From the NCBI GenBank assembly GCA_964571475.1, contig CAZNCI010000002.1:1-41590 (forward strand): a DNA stretch of 41,590 bases, written 5' to 3'. The stretch comes from an uncultured Saprospiraceae bacterium. Lineage in GTDB: Bacteria > Bacteroidota > Bacteroidia > Chitinophagales > Saprospiraceae. Within the stretch, counting starts at the first letter, position 1. Each line of letters starts with the position of its first letter. The notes beneath the pieces are model-generated. The model saw only the letters and a list, made by a program, of their open reading frames with translations, ran no database searches and was not told the origin of the DNA. The translations under genes were made by a program, and so were the position numbers. Positions 7,873-16,549 of the stretch are shown here, in pieces.

Positions 7873-8937
7873 TTATTTTTCCTGCGCAGGCGAAAAGTGC
7901 TCCCAGCCCTGCGCTTTTAAATCGTGGACGTTTCCTCCTTTGGTATGTAGTTTGATACCCTCCGATGCTTTCACCATTTCCCCCATAATATAAATGTCCG
8001 GCAAATACTTCACTTTTTCAATATCACCCGGATCAATCGTAAAGAGCAATTCATAATCTTCACCTCCATTTAATGCACAGGTGGCGGGATCCAGATTAAA
8101 TTTAAGCGCCATCAATTCTGCATCAGGGTGAATGGGAATACCACTTTCTTCCACATACGCCCCTGTTCCCGATTCCTGACAAAGGTGAAACACCTCCGAT
8201 GCCAAACCATCCGAAATGTCAATCATTGACGTTGGGATTAATGCATTCTTAGCAAAAAAATCAATCATATCCCTTCTCGCTTCTGGCTTCAACTGCCGCC
8301 CAATCAAATAATCCTGCCCTTCCAAATCGGGCTGAATACCGGGATTTGACAGATAAATTTGTTTCTCTCGCTCTAGTATTTGTAAGCCGAGGTAGGCGGC
8401 GCCAAGATTACCCGTAACACAGAGTAAATCGCCGACTTTTGCCCCATCCCTATAAACAAGTTTGTCTTTTTCACCCTGACCAATAGCCGTAATATTAATA
8501 AACATACCTTTGGGCGAAGAGGTGGTATCCCCTCCTACAAGATCAACACCGTAATATTTACAAGCCAGCTGAATGCCTTCGTATAATTCTTCCAATGCTT
8601 CTACCGAATATTTATTAGATATTGCGATAGAAACAGTAATCTGCCTGGGCTGTGCATTCATGGCATAAATATCCGAGACATTTACAACCACCGCCTTATA
8701 ACCAAGGTGTTTCAACGGGGTGTACATCAGGTCAAAATGAATGCCCTCCACAAGAGAATCCGTAGAGACCACCGTCAAGAACGAACCATTATCAATAACG
8801 GCAGCGTCATCCCCAACACCCTTTTTAGAGGATTTATTCAACAAACCAACCTGCTTCGTCAAATGTTTAATCAGGCCAAACTCACCCAATTCGTTTACAT
8901 CTGTTCTTTTTTGCTTATCCATATACTTCTTAATCAT
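7873..8937 (-). CDS. thiL: Thiamine-monophosphate kinase
   Basis: 354 aa. The N-terminus GEFGLIKHL....GDDAAVI and the AIR-synthase-like fold motifs (DSLVEGIHF, GGDT, DISDGL) are present. Confidence 0.85.
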   Translation of the reverse strand: MIKKYMDKQKRTDVNELGEFGLIKHLTKQVGLLNKSSKKGVGDDAAVIDNGSFLTVVSTDSLVEGIHFDLMYTPLKHLGYKAVVVNVSDIYAMNAQPRQITVSIAISNKYSVEALEELYEGIQLACKYYGVDLVGGDTTSSPKGMFINITAIGQGEKDKLVYRDGAKVGDLLCVTGNLGAAYLGLQILEREKQIYLSNPGIQPDLEGQDYLIGRQLKPEARRDMIDFFAKNALIPTSMIDISDGLASEVFHLCQESGTGAYVEESGIPIHPDAELMALKFNLDPATCALNGGEDYELLFTIDPGDIEKVKYLPDIYIMGEMVKASEGIKLHTKGGNVHDLKAQGWEHFSPAQEK

Positions 8938-8943
8938 TTATAT

Positions 8944-10080
8944 CTAAAGCGAATACAATAAATCTTCCATTGAAGAAGGATCGTCCCCGTTTCGTTTGGC
9001 TAATTTAATGGCCTGCTTTGCTACTTTTTTTGCTTGCTTTTTATTCTTCACTTTGGCGTACAATCGGGCAAGTGTATCCATATTATAATATTGAGGATCC
9101 AAAGTAACTGATTTTTCTGCCCATTGAATAGATTTTTTTAAAAATCGTTTCTGTTTAACGCCTTCATAAAAAGACCATGCCGCATTATTCAAGTCAAGCG
9201 CATCATTAATTGGATACTTTTTGTAATACTTAATGGCGCATTTTGCATACCGTTTCATATCTTCCTTCTGGCGGTAATAGTCCATTTTGAAAGCCAATAA
9301 ATGTTTATCTGCAGATCGGGGATAAACCCCTGAATATATCTTATCTGCCACTTTAAACGCTCTTTTGGCATTGCCCAGTGACATCGCCTTTCTAAACACC
9401 ATGGTATATACCTGTTCAAATACTTCCTTCTTGCCAAACAATTGATCAAAATCCCGTCTATTTTCAATAAAATACTGATAAGCTTTTGTTCCCGGCTCCT
9501 TGATTGATTTAAGTATTAAATACATATTGTCTTCTGTATCCCAATGTACTTGTTTATCAAGATATGCCGCCACCAGTCTTTGCCCTTCAGGTGCGTTAGC
9601 CTCTAAGCTGGATAATGCAATGTCGTATTTTAATTGGGGATTGGCATTGTCTGTATCAATATCCATTGTTTTAAAAACGGCTAAAGCTTTTCGTCCTTCC
9701 TCCATCAATGCATCCCCGCCCATATAACCAATTCCCCCATGAATCATCTGTCCATTAGGAGCTACGAAGGTATAAGAAGGGAATCCTTTTATATTAAATT
9801 TATCAACAAGACCGGGACCGGGTCCTTTCTCCATATCCATTTTATAATTAATAAAATTTCCATTAAAAAACTCCCCAACGGTACGTCTGGAATAAACATT
9901 TTTATCCATTAACTTGCAGGGACCGCACCAGGTGGTGTATCCATCCAAAAATATAACAGCATGCTCAGCGGCAGCCCTTTCCAATACTTTATACCAATTT
10001 CCTTCCTCAAAATTCACTTGAGCCGATAAAAAAACAGGCATAAAAACACCCAAAATAAGTATTAATAATTTATGTCTCAT
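8944..10080 (-). CDS. Secreted thioredoxin-fold protein with helical/TPR-like C-terminal domain (paralog A)
   Basis: The signal peptide is MRHKLLILILGVFMPVFLSAQ. The active-site context is IFLDGYTTWCGPCKLM. The C-terminal half is lysine-rich and helical. Confidence 0.8.
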   Translation of the reverse strand: MRHKLLILILGVFMPVFLSAQVNFEEGNWYKVLERAAAEHAVIFLDGYTTWCGPCKLMDKNVYSRRTVGEFFNGNFINYKMDMEKGPGPGLVDKFNIKGFPSYTFVAPNGQMIHGGIGYMGGDALMEEGRKALAVFKTMDIDTDNANPQLKYDIALSSLEANAPEGQRLVAAYLDKQVHWDTEDNMYLILKSIKEPGTKAYQYFIENRRDFDQLFGKKEVFEQVYTMVFRKAMSLGNAKRAFKVADKIYSGVYPRSADKHLLAFKMDYYRQKEDMKRYAKCAIKYYKKYPINDALDLNNAAWSFYEGVKQKRFLKKSIQWAEKSVTLDPQYYNMDTLARLYAKVKNKKQAKKVAKQAIKLAKRNGDDPSSMEDLLYSL

Positions 10081-11258
10081 CTTAATATTTTCTCTAAACC
10101 TTTAATGAACAAATTAACGCGCTCTTCTGCTCTTTTTCCAATTTTTACAGCAAAAGGAAGCGCCCTTTTGGCCTCTTTTAGTGCTGCTTTGATATGACCA
10201 TTTTCTTTCATAATCATAGCGGAAAATAAGATCTCATCGTATTTTTCACTCTTAGATGCAGCCTTTTGGGCAAAAGACTCTGCCTGCTGCATGGCATTTT
10301 TATTTTCAGAAAAATTATCGCGGATGACTCTTACTATTTGAAATAATTTAGCCGGATCTTTTTTAGCGTATTTGGATACGTATTTTGATGCACTAGAAAT
10401 ATAATCATCTGCTTCATTATAAGCTAAGGCAAAATCCATATTGGATGTAAGCTGGAATTTCTTTCCCAGTTTTTTATCGTACTTTTTCATCTTGCCCTGT
10501 GCCTCCTCTAATAAATCTTTTGTGTCATACTCAATCGCTTTGGCCACAGTTGCCTGACAGGCATCCTGCACCTTTTTATCCACTACGGCTCTTTCGTTTT
10601 CAGAAAGTATAGCCTTCTTATGCGCCAATAATAAATCGAAAATTCTGGAATCCGCCTCCGTTGCCGCCATCAATATAAACTTCAAATTCTGAGGGCTATC
10701 CAAATCTTTTTGACTTCTGAGGTATTCATTGGCAATTTTCAAACTGGGCTTGCCTGCCTGAATCAAAGCAGCGACATAATCATAAACCAATTGAGGGCTC
10801 CTGTCTCCCTTTTCGTAAGCTTCCACAAAATCACCACTCCGATCAACACTTCCAAGTGCTTTCTTTCCTAACTCCAAAAATGCAGGAACCGGTTTTGCCC
10901 CCATATCTTTGAGCACAATTGCCTCCGTATAATCTATAAAAAACAAGGTAGGATAACCAGAAACCGGGTATTTACTCCCAAACTTCCTGCCTGCCGGCTT
11001 TTCCATATCATACTTTACATTGATGAAATTTTTGTTAAAAAAAGTGCCCACTCTTTCATCTGTGAACACATTTTTTGACATCCGCTTACAGGGACCGCAC
11101 CAAGTGGTATAAGCATCAATAAAAATGACTTTTTTCTCTTTTTTGGCTTTGGCAACAACTTCTTCCCAGGGAGCATCATGCATAAATTCGATCCCTTGAC
11201 CCTGACCAATTATGCTGGATAACAAAATCGTGAGCAAAACAATTAATATTCGATTCAT
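10077..11258 (-). CDS. Secreted thioredoxin-fold protein with helical C-terminal domain (paralog B)
   Basis: A signal peptide is present and the active-site context is IFIDAYTTWCGPCKRM. Its stop overlaps the paralog A start in an ATGA 4-nt overlap at 10077-10080. Confidence 0.8.
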   Translation of the reverse strand: MNRILIVLLTILLSSIIGQGQGIEFMHDAPWEEVVAKAKKEKKVIFIDAYTTWCGPCKRMSKNVFTDERVGTFFNKNFINVKYDMEKPAGRKFGSKYPVSGYPTLFFIDYTEAIVLKDMGAKPVPAFLELGKKALGSVDRSGDFVEAYEKGDRSPQLVYDYVAALIQAGKPSLKIANEYLRSQKDLDSPQNLKFILMAATEADSRIFDLLLAHKKAILSENERAVVDKKVQDACQATVAKAIEYDTKDLLEEAQGKMKKYDKKLGKKFQLTSNMDFALAYNEADDYISSASKYVSKYAKKDPAKLFQIVRVIRDNFSENKNAMQQAESFAQKAASKSEKYDEILFSAMIMKENGHIKAALKEAKRALPFAVKIGKRAEERVNLFIKGLEKILR

Positions 11259-11451
11259 TCTATAGTCTTTAAAAAAAAATTATTTTAGTATGTAAGTATT
11301 GATAAATGGGCATTCCAAAGGCAAGGACAACAAATTTCTCACAAAAATACAGTTACTTCTGGAAATAATGGAATGTATCGTGAAAATATTGTGGTAAATA
11401 GTGTTCTATACTCAATTGTTAATATCCATCAACAGAATTGTACCGTCTATT

Positions 11452-12195
11452 TCACTCGAATGGAAATTGTAAAGTCGTCGTGCAAAGATCAATCGCATTA
11501 TAACTATAAGAATAAGTAGGTTGAAAACAGATGTGCTCCAACTCTTCCATGCTGCCCTTATAAACATTAAAATCAACAAAGCCATCAATGCCCTGAAGCT
11601 TTCCCTTATTGCCATATTGCCAAAAATCCCAGTTATTTTTACGCAATAGTGGCATTTGGGCATTATATCTGGCGATCCATAAAGTTACATCATCAATAGA
11701 TCCATATAAGTGCTCATTATAAAAAGTTAAATTGGTATAGACAATGGGCTGAATATTATAATGTATCCGAATCGCCTTCAACCACTCGTTTGCTCGTTTA
11801 GCAACCAGCGCCGGGGCAACTCCATCCAGCCGTTCAATATCCAAAACCGGAGGTAAATCTCCTTCTTCAATACAAACATTGGCGATGAAATTATTAACCT
11901 GCTCCGTTACCGAAACATTTGGACGAAAGAAATGATAAGCGCCCCTTTTGATTTGAACCCTCCTCATCTCATTCCAATTATAAGCAAATAAACTATCCAC
12001 AAAGTTATCTGCTTCTGTTGCTTTCACAAAAGCAAAATCAATATCCTGCGCCTTGATCGTATCCCAATTAAGAAAAGATTGATGATGAGAAATATCAATC
12101 CCCTGCACTTCATAATCTGACATTCGCGCAGTCTCTACCTGACAGGAATTTGCCAGTAGCAGCACCAAAAATGCGTTCAGGAGGTATTTTCTCAT
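11452..12195 (-). CDS. Glycoside hydrolase family 25 lysozyme (muramidase), lipoprotein-type signal
   Basis: The GH25 pattern GIDISHHQ....IDFAFVKATE....GAYHFF is present. The N-terminus is MRKYLLNAFLVLLLANSC. Confidence 0.8.
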   Translation of the reverse strand: MRKYLLNAFLVLLLANSCQVETARMSDYEVQGIDISHHQSFLNWDTIKAQDIDFAFVKATEADNFVDSLFAYNWNEMRRVQIKRGAYHFFRPNVSVTEQVNNFIANVCIEEGDLPPVLDIERLDGVAPALVAKRANEWLKAIRIHYNIQPIVYTNLTFYNEHLYGSIDDVTLWIARYNAQMPLLRKNNWDFWQYGNKGKLQGIDGFVDFNVYKGSMEELEHICFQPTYSYSYNAIDLCTTTLQFPFE

Positions 12196-12338
12196 AATAT
12201 CTGATAATAGCTATTGAGTATTAAACGGAGATATTAGTCAAAAGGATGCCTTCCTGCCCTTCTTTTTACAAAGTTTAATATTTTAGTAACACTTTTGTCA
12301 GGTAGGTTACATGCCCCCCATTTAACCGAACCCCGTTT

Positions 12339-13658
12339 TCAATCTATTTGATGTTTGATCTGAACCCCTCTAAAAAGAACAAAACTAATAATAAAAAAGG
12401 CCGCTAAAGATAAGATACTATTATGCATCGAACCGGTCAATTGCTCGATCAAACCAAAACTAAATGTCCCTACAATAATGGCTAACTTCTCCACGACATC
12501 GTAAAAACTAAACCAGGAGGCCGTATCTTCCGTATCTTCCGGTATCAACTTTGAATAAGTAGCCCGGGATACCGACTGAATCCCTCCCATTACGATCCCC
12601 ACTAAAGAGGCAATCAAATAAAATGGCGGCTTGCTATACACAAAAAATGCCGAAACACAGATAAACATCCAAATAAGCAACATAATCATGATGGAGGTTT
12701 TATTCCCTCTTTTATCCGCAATACTGGCAAATAAATAAGCACCACCAATCGCCACTATTTGCAAAAGCAAAATCAAACCAATCAACTCCAATGTATCAAA
12801 ATTCAGCTGTGTTTCTGCAAAGGTAGCTGCCAAAAAAAGCACGGTTTGTGTACCCGCACTATAAAAGAAAAATGACCGCAAAAAACGCTTGGTATTCACA
12901 TGATTACTCAACTGATTCCAAACTTTCTTCAGCTCCTGAAACCCTTTAAAAATCAAGTTTTCCTCTGATTTCACCCTTACATCTTTGGGCAATCGCCGAA
13001 AGGGTATCTGTGCGAAACCGAGCCACCACAGCCCCACCGTCACAAATGATAATTTAACAGCGATGCTCTCTTCTGCAATCCCAAACCACTCATATTTTTG
13101 AATAACCAATAGATTAATCAATAATAAAATAACACTACCGATAAAACCATAAGCAAAGCCCTTGGCACTTACGCTGTCATACTTTTCTTCACTCGCAATG
13201 ATAGGCAGATAGGAATTATAAAAAACCAAGCCTCCCGCAAAACCAATTGTCGCCAGAATAAACGATATTGTTCCCAAAGCCAGCGTCTCCATTCCATTAA
13301 AAAACCAAAGTGAAATACAGGCCAGCGAGCCAATCGTGGTAAACATCCGCAAGAAAAACTTCTTCCGTCCACCATAATCGGCGATTCCCGACAAAAAAGG
13401 AGAAGCGATCGCTATCAATAAATAAGCGGTAGATATCGCATACGAATACAGTGTACTATTCGACATACTAATGCTCCCGAGATGAATCGTCTTATCCGTA
13501 ACGGCCAGGAAATAAGCAGGAAAAATAGCCACCGTTATGGTCAGTGAATAAGCTGAATTTGCCCAGTCAAAAAAAGCCCAGCCGGTAATCACTTTTTTTT
13601 GATCCTTTTGAAATGTTGTTGTATTTGACATAAGTATTTTTTTACAGGAGTATTTCAT
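12339..13658 (-). CDS. MFS transporter (UMF1/Atg22-like)
   Basis: 439 aa with about 12 predicted TM segments. The N-terminal WAFFDWANSAY motif is typical of the UMF1 family. An alternative ATG lies at 13631 (MSNTTT...). Confidence 0.75.
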   Translation of the reverse strand: MKYSCKKILMSNTTTFQKDQKKVITGWAFFDWANSAYSLTITVAIFPAYFLAVTDKTIHLGSISMSNSTLYSYAISTAYLLIAIASPFLSGIADYGGRKKFFLRMFTTIGSLACISLWFFNGMETLALGTISFILATIGFAGGLVFYNSYLPIIASEEKYDSVSAKGFAYGFIGSVILLLINLLVIQKYEWFGIAEESIAVKLSFVTVGLWWLGFAQIPFRRLPKDVRVKSEENLIFKGFQELKKVWNQLSNHVNTKRFLRSFFFYSAGTQTVLFLAATFAETQLNFDTLELIGLILLLQIVAIGGAYLFASIADKRGNKTSIMIMLLIWMFICVSAFFVYSKPPFYLIASLVGIVMGGIQSVSRATYSKLIPEDTEDTASWFSFYDVVEKLAIIVGTFSFGLIEQLTGSMHNSILSLAAFFIISFVLFRGVQIKHQID

Positions 13659-13753
13659 CCTCGTTTAAACGCCGTGCCCCCCTGCCTAAATTCATCATTG
13701 AGTCCACTACATTTTTCTTGGCTAAAGGTAATAAAAAATATAAAAATATAAGA

Positions 13754-13785
13754 TTTTGTGTAGTTCTCAACATTTTGTACCTTTG
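13754..13785 (+). promoter_or_regulatory. Bacteroidetes-type promoter (-33 TTTG / -7 TAnnTTTG)
   Basis: TTTG ends at 13758, a 19-nt spacer follows, then TACCTTTG at 13778-13785. This implies a leader of about 190 nt before the ATG at 13981. Confidence 0.55.
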
Positions 13786-13980
13786 CGCCAAGATTTTGAA
13801 AAAATCCTATTTTCCTTTCCAATTCCCTATTCAGCTAAGGAAGTAAGCTGTTAGTGTTCTGCCTTAAATGAACTTTTCAGGAATTGATTGAAAAACTTCT
13901 CTGCTAAAACCATTACAACGAGGTGTCCTAACCCATCAGTTATTTTGATTTTAAAAACACCGCCTTATGCGGCACGATTT

Positions 13981-16362
13981 ATGACAAAAAAAATTACGCC
14001 TACTCAAATTAAAGAAATTCTTCGAGATTATTCAACTTGTTGCGTCAGCAGAGAAGTCAGCCTGCAGATGAGAAAAGAAGTCCTTACCGGCAAAGCAAAA
14101 TTTGCCGTTTCTGATGATGGCAAAGAACTGCTGCAGGTCGCAATGGCTAAAGTTTTTAAAAAAGGGGACTTCAGAGCCGATTATTATCGAGGCTTCACCC
14201 TTATGTTTGCCCTTGGACTTGCCCAACCAAAAGATATTTACGCCCAACTCTACGGTGATTGTGACAACGACCCCTTCGCCGGTGGTCGGCAAATGACCGG
14301 TCATCATTGCACCCCCTCCATCTCAAAAGAGGGACAATGGCTCCCCCTCAAAGACCGCTACAATATCAGCATTGACACCTCAACTACTGCCGGACAAATG
14401 GCTAGAGGTTTTGGATTGGCTGCAGCCTCAAAAGCCTTTAGAGAAAATGATTTATTGAAAGATTCCCCGCTTTCCAATAACGGTAATGAAGTCTGCTTTT
14501 GCAACATTGGGGATGGCAGCACCTCTGAAGGTGTTTTTTGGGAAGCAGTTAATGCCGCAGGTGTCGTACAGATTCCTCTTGTGCTTTCCGTATGGGATGA
14601 TGGTTACGCCATTTCCGTGCCCAAAGAAAAACAAACCGTAAAGGCCAGCATTTCAAAAGCCCTTGCCGGCATGAAAAAAAATAAAAACTCCAACGGAATT
14701 GAAATTTTCACCGTCAAAGGCTGGGATTATTTAGCACTTTGTGAAACATTCGAAAAGGCAACAAAAATATCCCGTGAAAAACATATCCCTACCCTGATTC
14801 ACATCGAAGAAGTCACCCAACCGCAAGGACACTCCACCTCTGGATCACACGAAAGATACAAAAATGCAAAACGCCTCGCCTGGGAGGAACAATACGATGG
14901 CAACCACCAATTTCGAAACTGGATATTACAAGAGGGAATTGCCACCGAAGACCAACTAATAACCATCGAAAAAAATGCGAAAAAAGAAGCATTAGAAGGG
15001 AAGAAGGAAGCCTGGCATAATTATTATTTTAGCGTGCAGGAAGTTTATGAGGAATTGAAAGAAATCTATCAGGTAATTGCCCAAAAAAGTAATGACAACA
15101 CACGAATAAAGGAAATTACCTCACATTTACACCACCTCGTATTGCCCGTTCGTGCTGAAATAATTCGCAATGCCCGCAGAATGGTGATCGCCCTCCGAAA
15201 ATGTACTGCCTGCACCGAAGAAAGAAAAAGACTTCAAACTTTTATTGATAAAATAGGAGTCAGAATGACCCGACGATACAGCACCTTTCTGTATAGCGAA
15301 TCAGAACGATCAGCGCTTAAAATACCCATTGTCGAAGCCCAATATACCGAAAATTCCAAAAAAATAAATGGCTACGAAGTACTCAATGCTTTTTTTGACC
15401 AATCATTTTCTAAATACCCCAACCTCTATGCCTTCGGTGAAGATGTCGGTAAGATTGGTGGTGTCAATCAGGCGTTTAGTGGTCTTCAGGAAAAATATGG
15501 CGAGCATCGCATTTTTGATACGGGGATCCGGGAATGGACAATCGTAGGGCAGGCTATCGGCATGGCTGCCAGAGGACTCCGGCCTATTGCAGAAATCCAA
15601 TATCTGGACTATTTACTTTACGCAATATCTCCTCTTTCAGATGATTTAGCGACCCTTCGTTATCGTAGTAATAATCAACAAATGGCTCCTGCTATTATCC
15701 GAACCAGAGGTCACCGTTTAGAAGGTATTTGGCACTCCGGATCACCCATGTCTTTATTATTGGGAAGTCTGCGTGGCATTTATATCCTAACGCCGAGAAA
15801 TATGGTACAGGCAGCAGGTATGTACAATACCATGCTTCAATCCGATGATCCGGCATTGATAATCGAATGCCTGAACGGCTATCGAATCAAAGAAAAAATG
15901 CCAGAAAATCTGGACACCTTCACTGTGCCCTTGGGCATACCCGAAGTACTTATAGAGGGCACCGACCTGACACTTGTCACTTATGGCTCTAGTGTCAGAA
16001 TCGCGAAGTCAGCCCTAAAAATGCTCAAAGCTGAAGAAATTTCAGTTGAATTAATAGATGTGCAAACACTATTGCCTTTTGATTTAAATCACAAAATCGT
16101 TGAATCACTCAAAAAAACGAACCGCATTATCTTTTTTGACGAAGACGTACCGGGAGGAGCCTCCGCTTATATGATGCGGGAAGTCCTCGAAGTGCAGGGA
16201 GGATACCGCTACCTCGATTCCCCTCCTGTTACAATCACCTCCAAAGCGCATCGCCCCGCTTATAGTACAGATGGTGATTATTATTCCAAACCAAGCGCAG
16301 AAGATGTTTATGAAACGATCTTTGACCTTATGATGGAAAGTGAGCCCGGAAGATTTGAATAA
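13981..16362 (+). CDS. Fused alpha/beta E1 component of a 2-oxoacid dehydrogenase (TPP-dependent)
   Basis: The N-terminal half is E1-alpha-like (REVLTGKAKF, GDGSTSEGVFWEAVN). The C-terminal half is E1-beta/transketolase-like (FGEDVGKIGGVN...RIFDTGIREWTIVGQAIGMA). I chose the ATG at 13981, since the 13888 ORF start is TTG. Confidence 0.85.
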   Translation: MTKKITPTQIKEILRDYSTCCVSREVSLQMRKEVLTGKAKFAVSDDGKELLQVAMAKVFKKGDFRADYYRGFTLMFALGLAQPKDIYAQLYGDCDNDPFAGGRQMTGHHCTPSISKEGQWLPLKDRYNISIDTSTTAGQMARGFGLAAASKAFRENDLLKDSPLSNNGNEVCFCNIGDGSTSEGVFWEAVNAAGVVQIPLVLSVWDDGYAISVPKEKQTVKASISKALAGMKKNKNSNGIEIFTVKGWDYLALCETFEKATKISREKHIPTLIHIEEVTQPQGHSTSGSHERYKNAKRLAWEEQYDGNHQFRNWILQEGIATEDQLITIEKNAKKEALEGKKEAWHNYYFSVQEVYEELKEIYQVIAQKSNDNTRIKEITSHLHHLVLPVRAEIIRNARRMVIALRKCTACTEERKRLQTFIDKIGVRMTRRYSTFLYSESERSALKIPIVEAQYTENSKKINGYEVLNAFFDQSFSKYPNLYAFGEDVGKIGGVNQAFSGLQEKYGEHRIFDTGIREWTIVGQAIGMAARGLRPIAEIQYLDYLLYAISPLSDDLATLRYRSNNQQMAPAIIRTRGHRLEGIWHSGSPMSLLLGSLRGIYILTPRNMVQAAGMYNTMLQSDDPALIIECLNGYRIKEKMPENLDTFTVPLGIPEVLIEGTDLTLVTYGSSVRIAKSALKMLKAEEISVELIDVQTLLPFDLNHKIVESLKKTNRIIFFDEDVPGGASAYMMREVLEVQGGYRYLDSPPVTITSKAHRPAYSTDGDYYSKPSAEDVYETIFDLMMESEPGRFE

Positions 16363-16507
16363 ATAAAGAAAACAGCTCACACATTTTTAAAAAAAATAAA
16401 AATCAATTAAATTTTTTACTTTTTTTTAAGCAAAAACACCAAAAAAGACATTTTATTTATATATTTTTCACTTTTTTAGCACCATTCTATTGCTTTCGTG
16501 ACTTTTT

Positions 16508-16547
16508 TGTCTTTTTTTTGCAAAAATTTAATTTTCAAAAAAAGACA
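16508..16547 (+). promoter_or_regulatory. Inverted repeat immediately upstream of the glnN start codon
   Basis: TGTCTTTTTTT (16508-16518) is the exact reverse complement of AAAAAAAGACA (16537-16547), with an 18-nt loop. The 3' arm ends 2 nt before the ATG at 16550. Another AAAAAAGACA copy lies at 16441-16450. Confidence 0.4.
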
Positions 16548-16549
16548 AT

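Noticed and set aside
11412-11663. 83-aa ORF overlapping the 3' end of the GH25 lysozyme gene
   Set aside because: It overlaps the GH25 CDS out of frame on the same strand, and I recognise no motif in it.
11452-12195. GH25 lysozyme (and the amidase at 36153) as a prophage lysis cassette
   Set aside because: No holin, integrase, capsid, tail or terminase genes are anywhere in the window. Both enzymes carry export signals (lipoprotein or T9SS) typical of cellular secreted enzymes.
13888-13980. TTG-initiated N-terminal extension of the E1 fusion protein. The same applies to the TTG starts at 2332, 7853, 36132 and 41556.
   Set aside because: In each case a downstream ATG gives a canonical signal peptide or an N-terminus colinear with the family. 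The extensions have non-protein-like composition.
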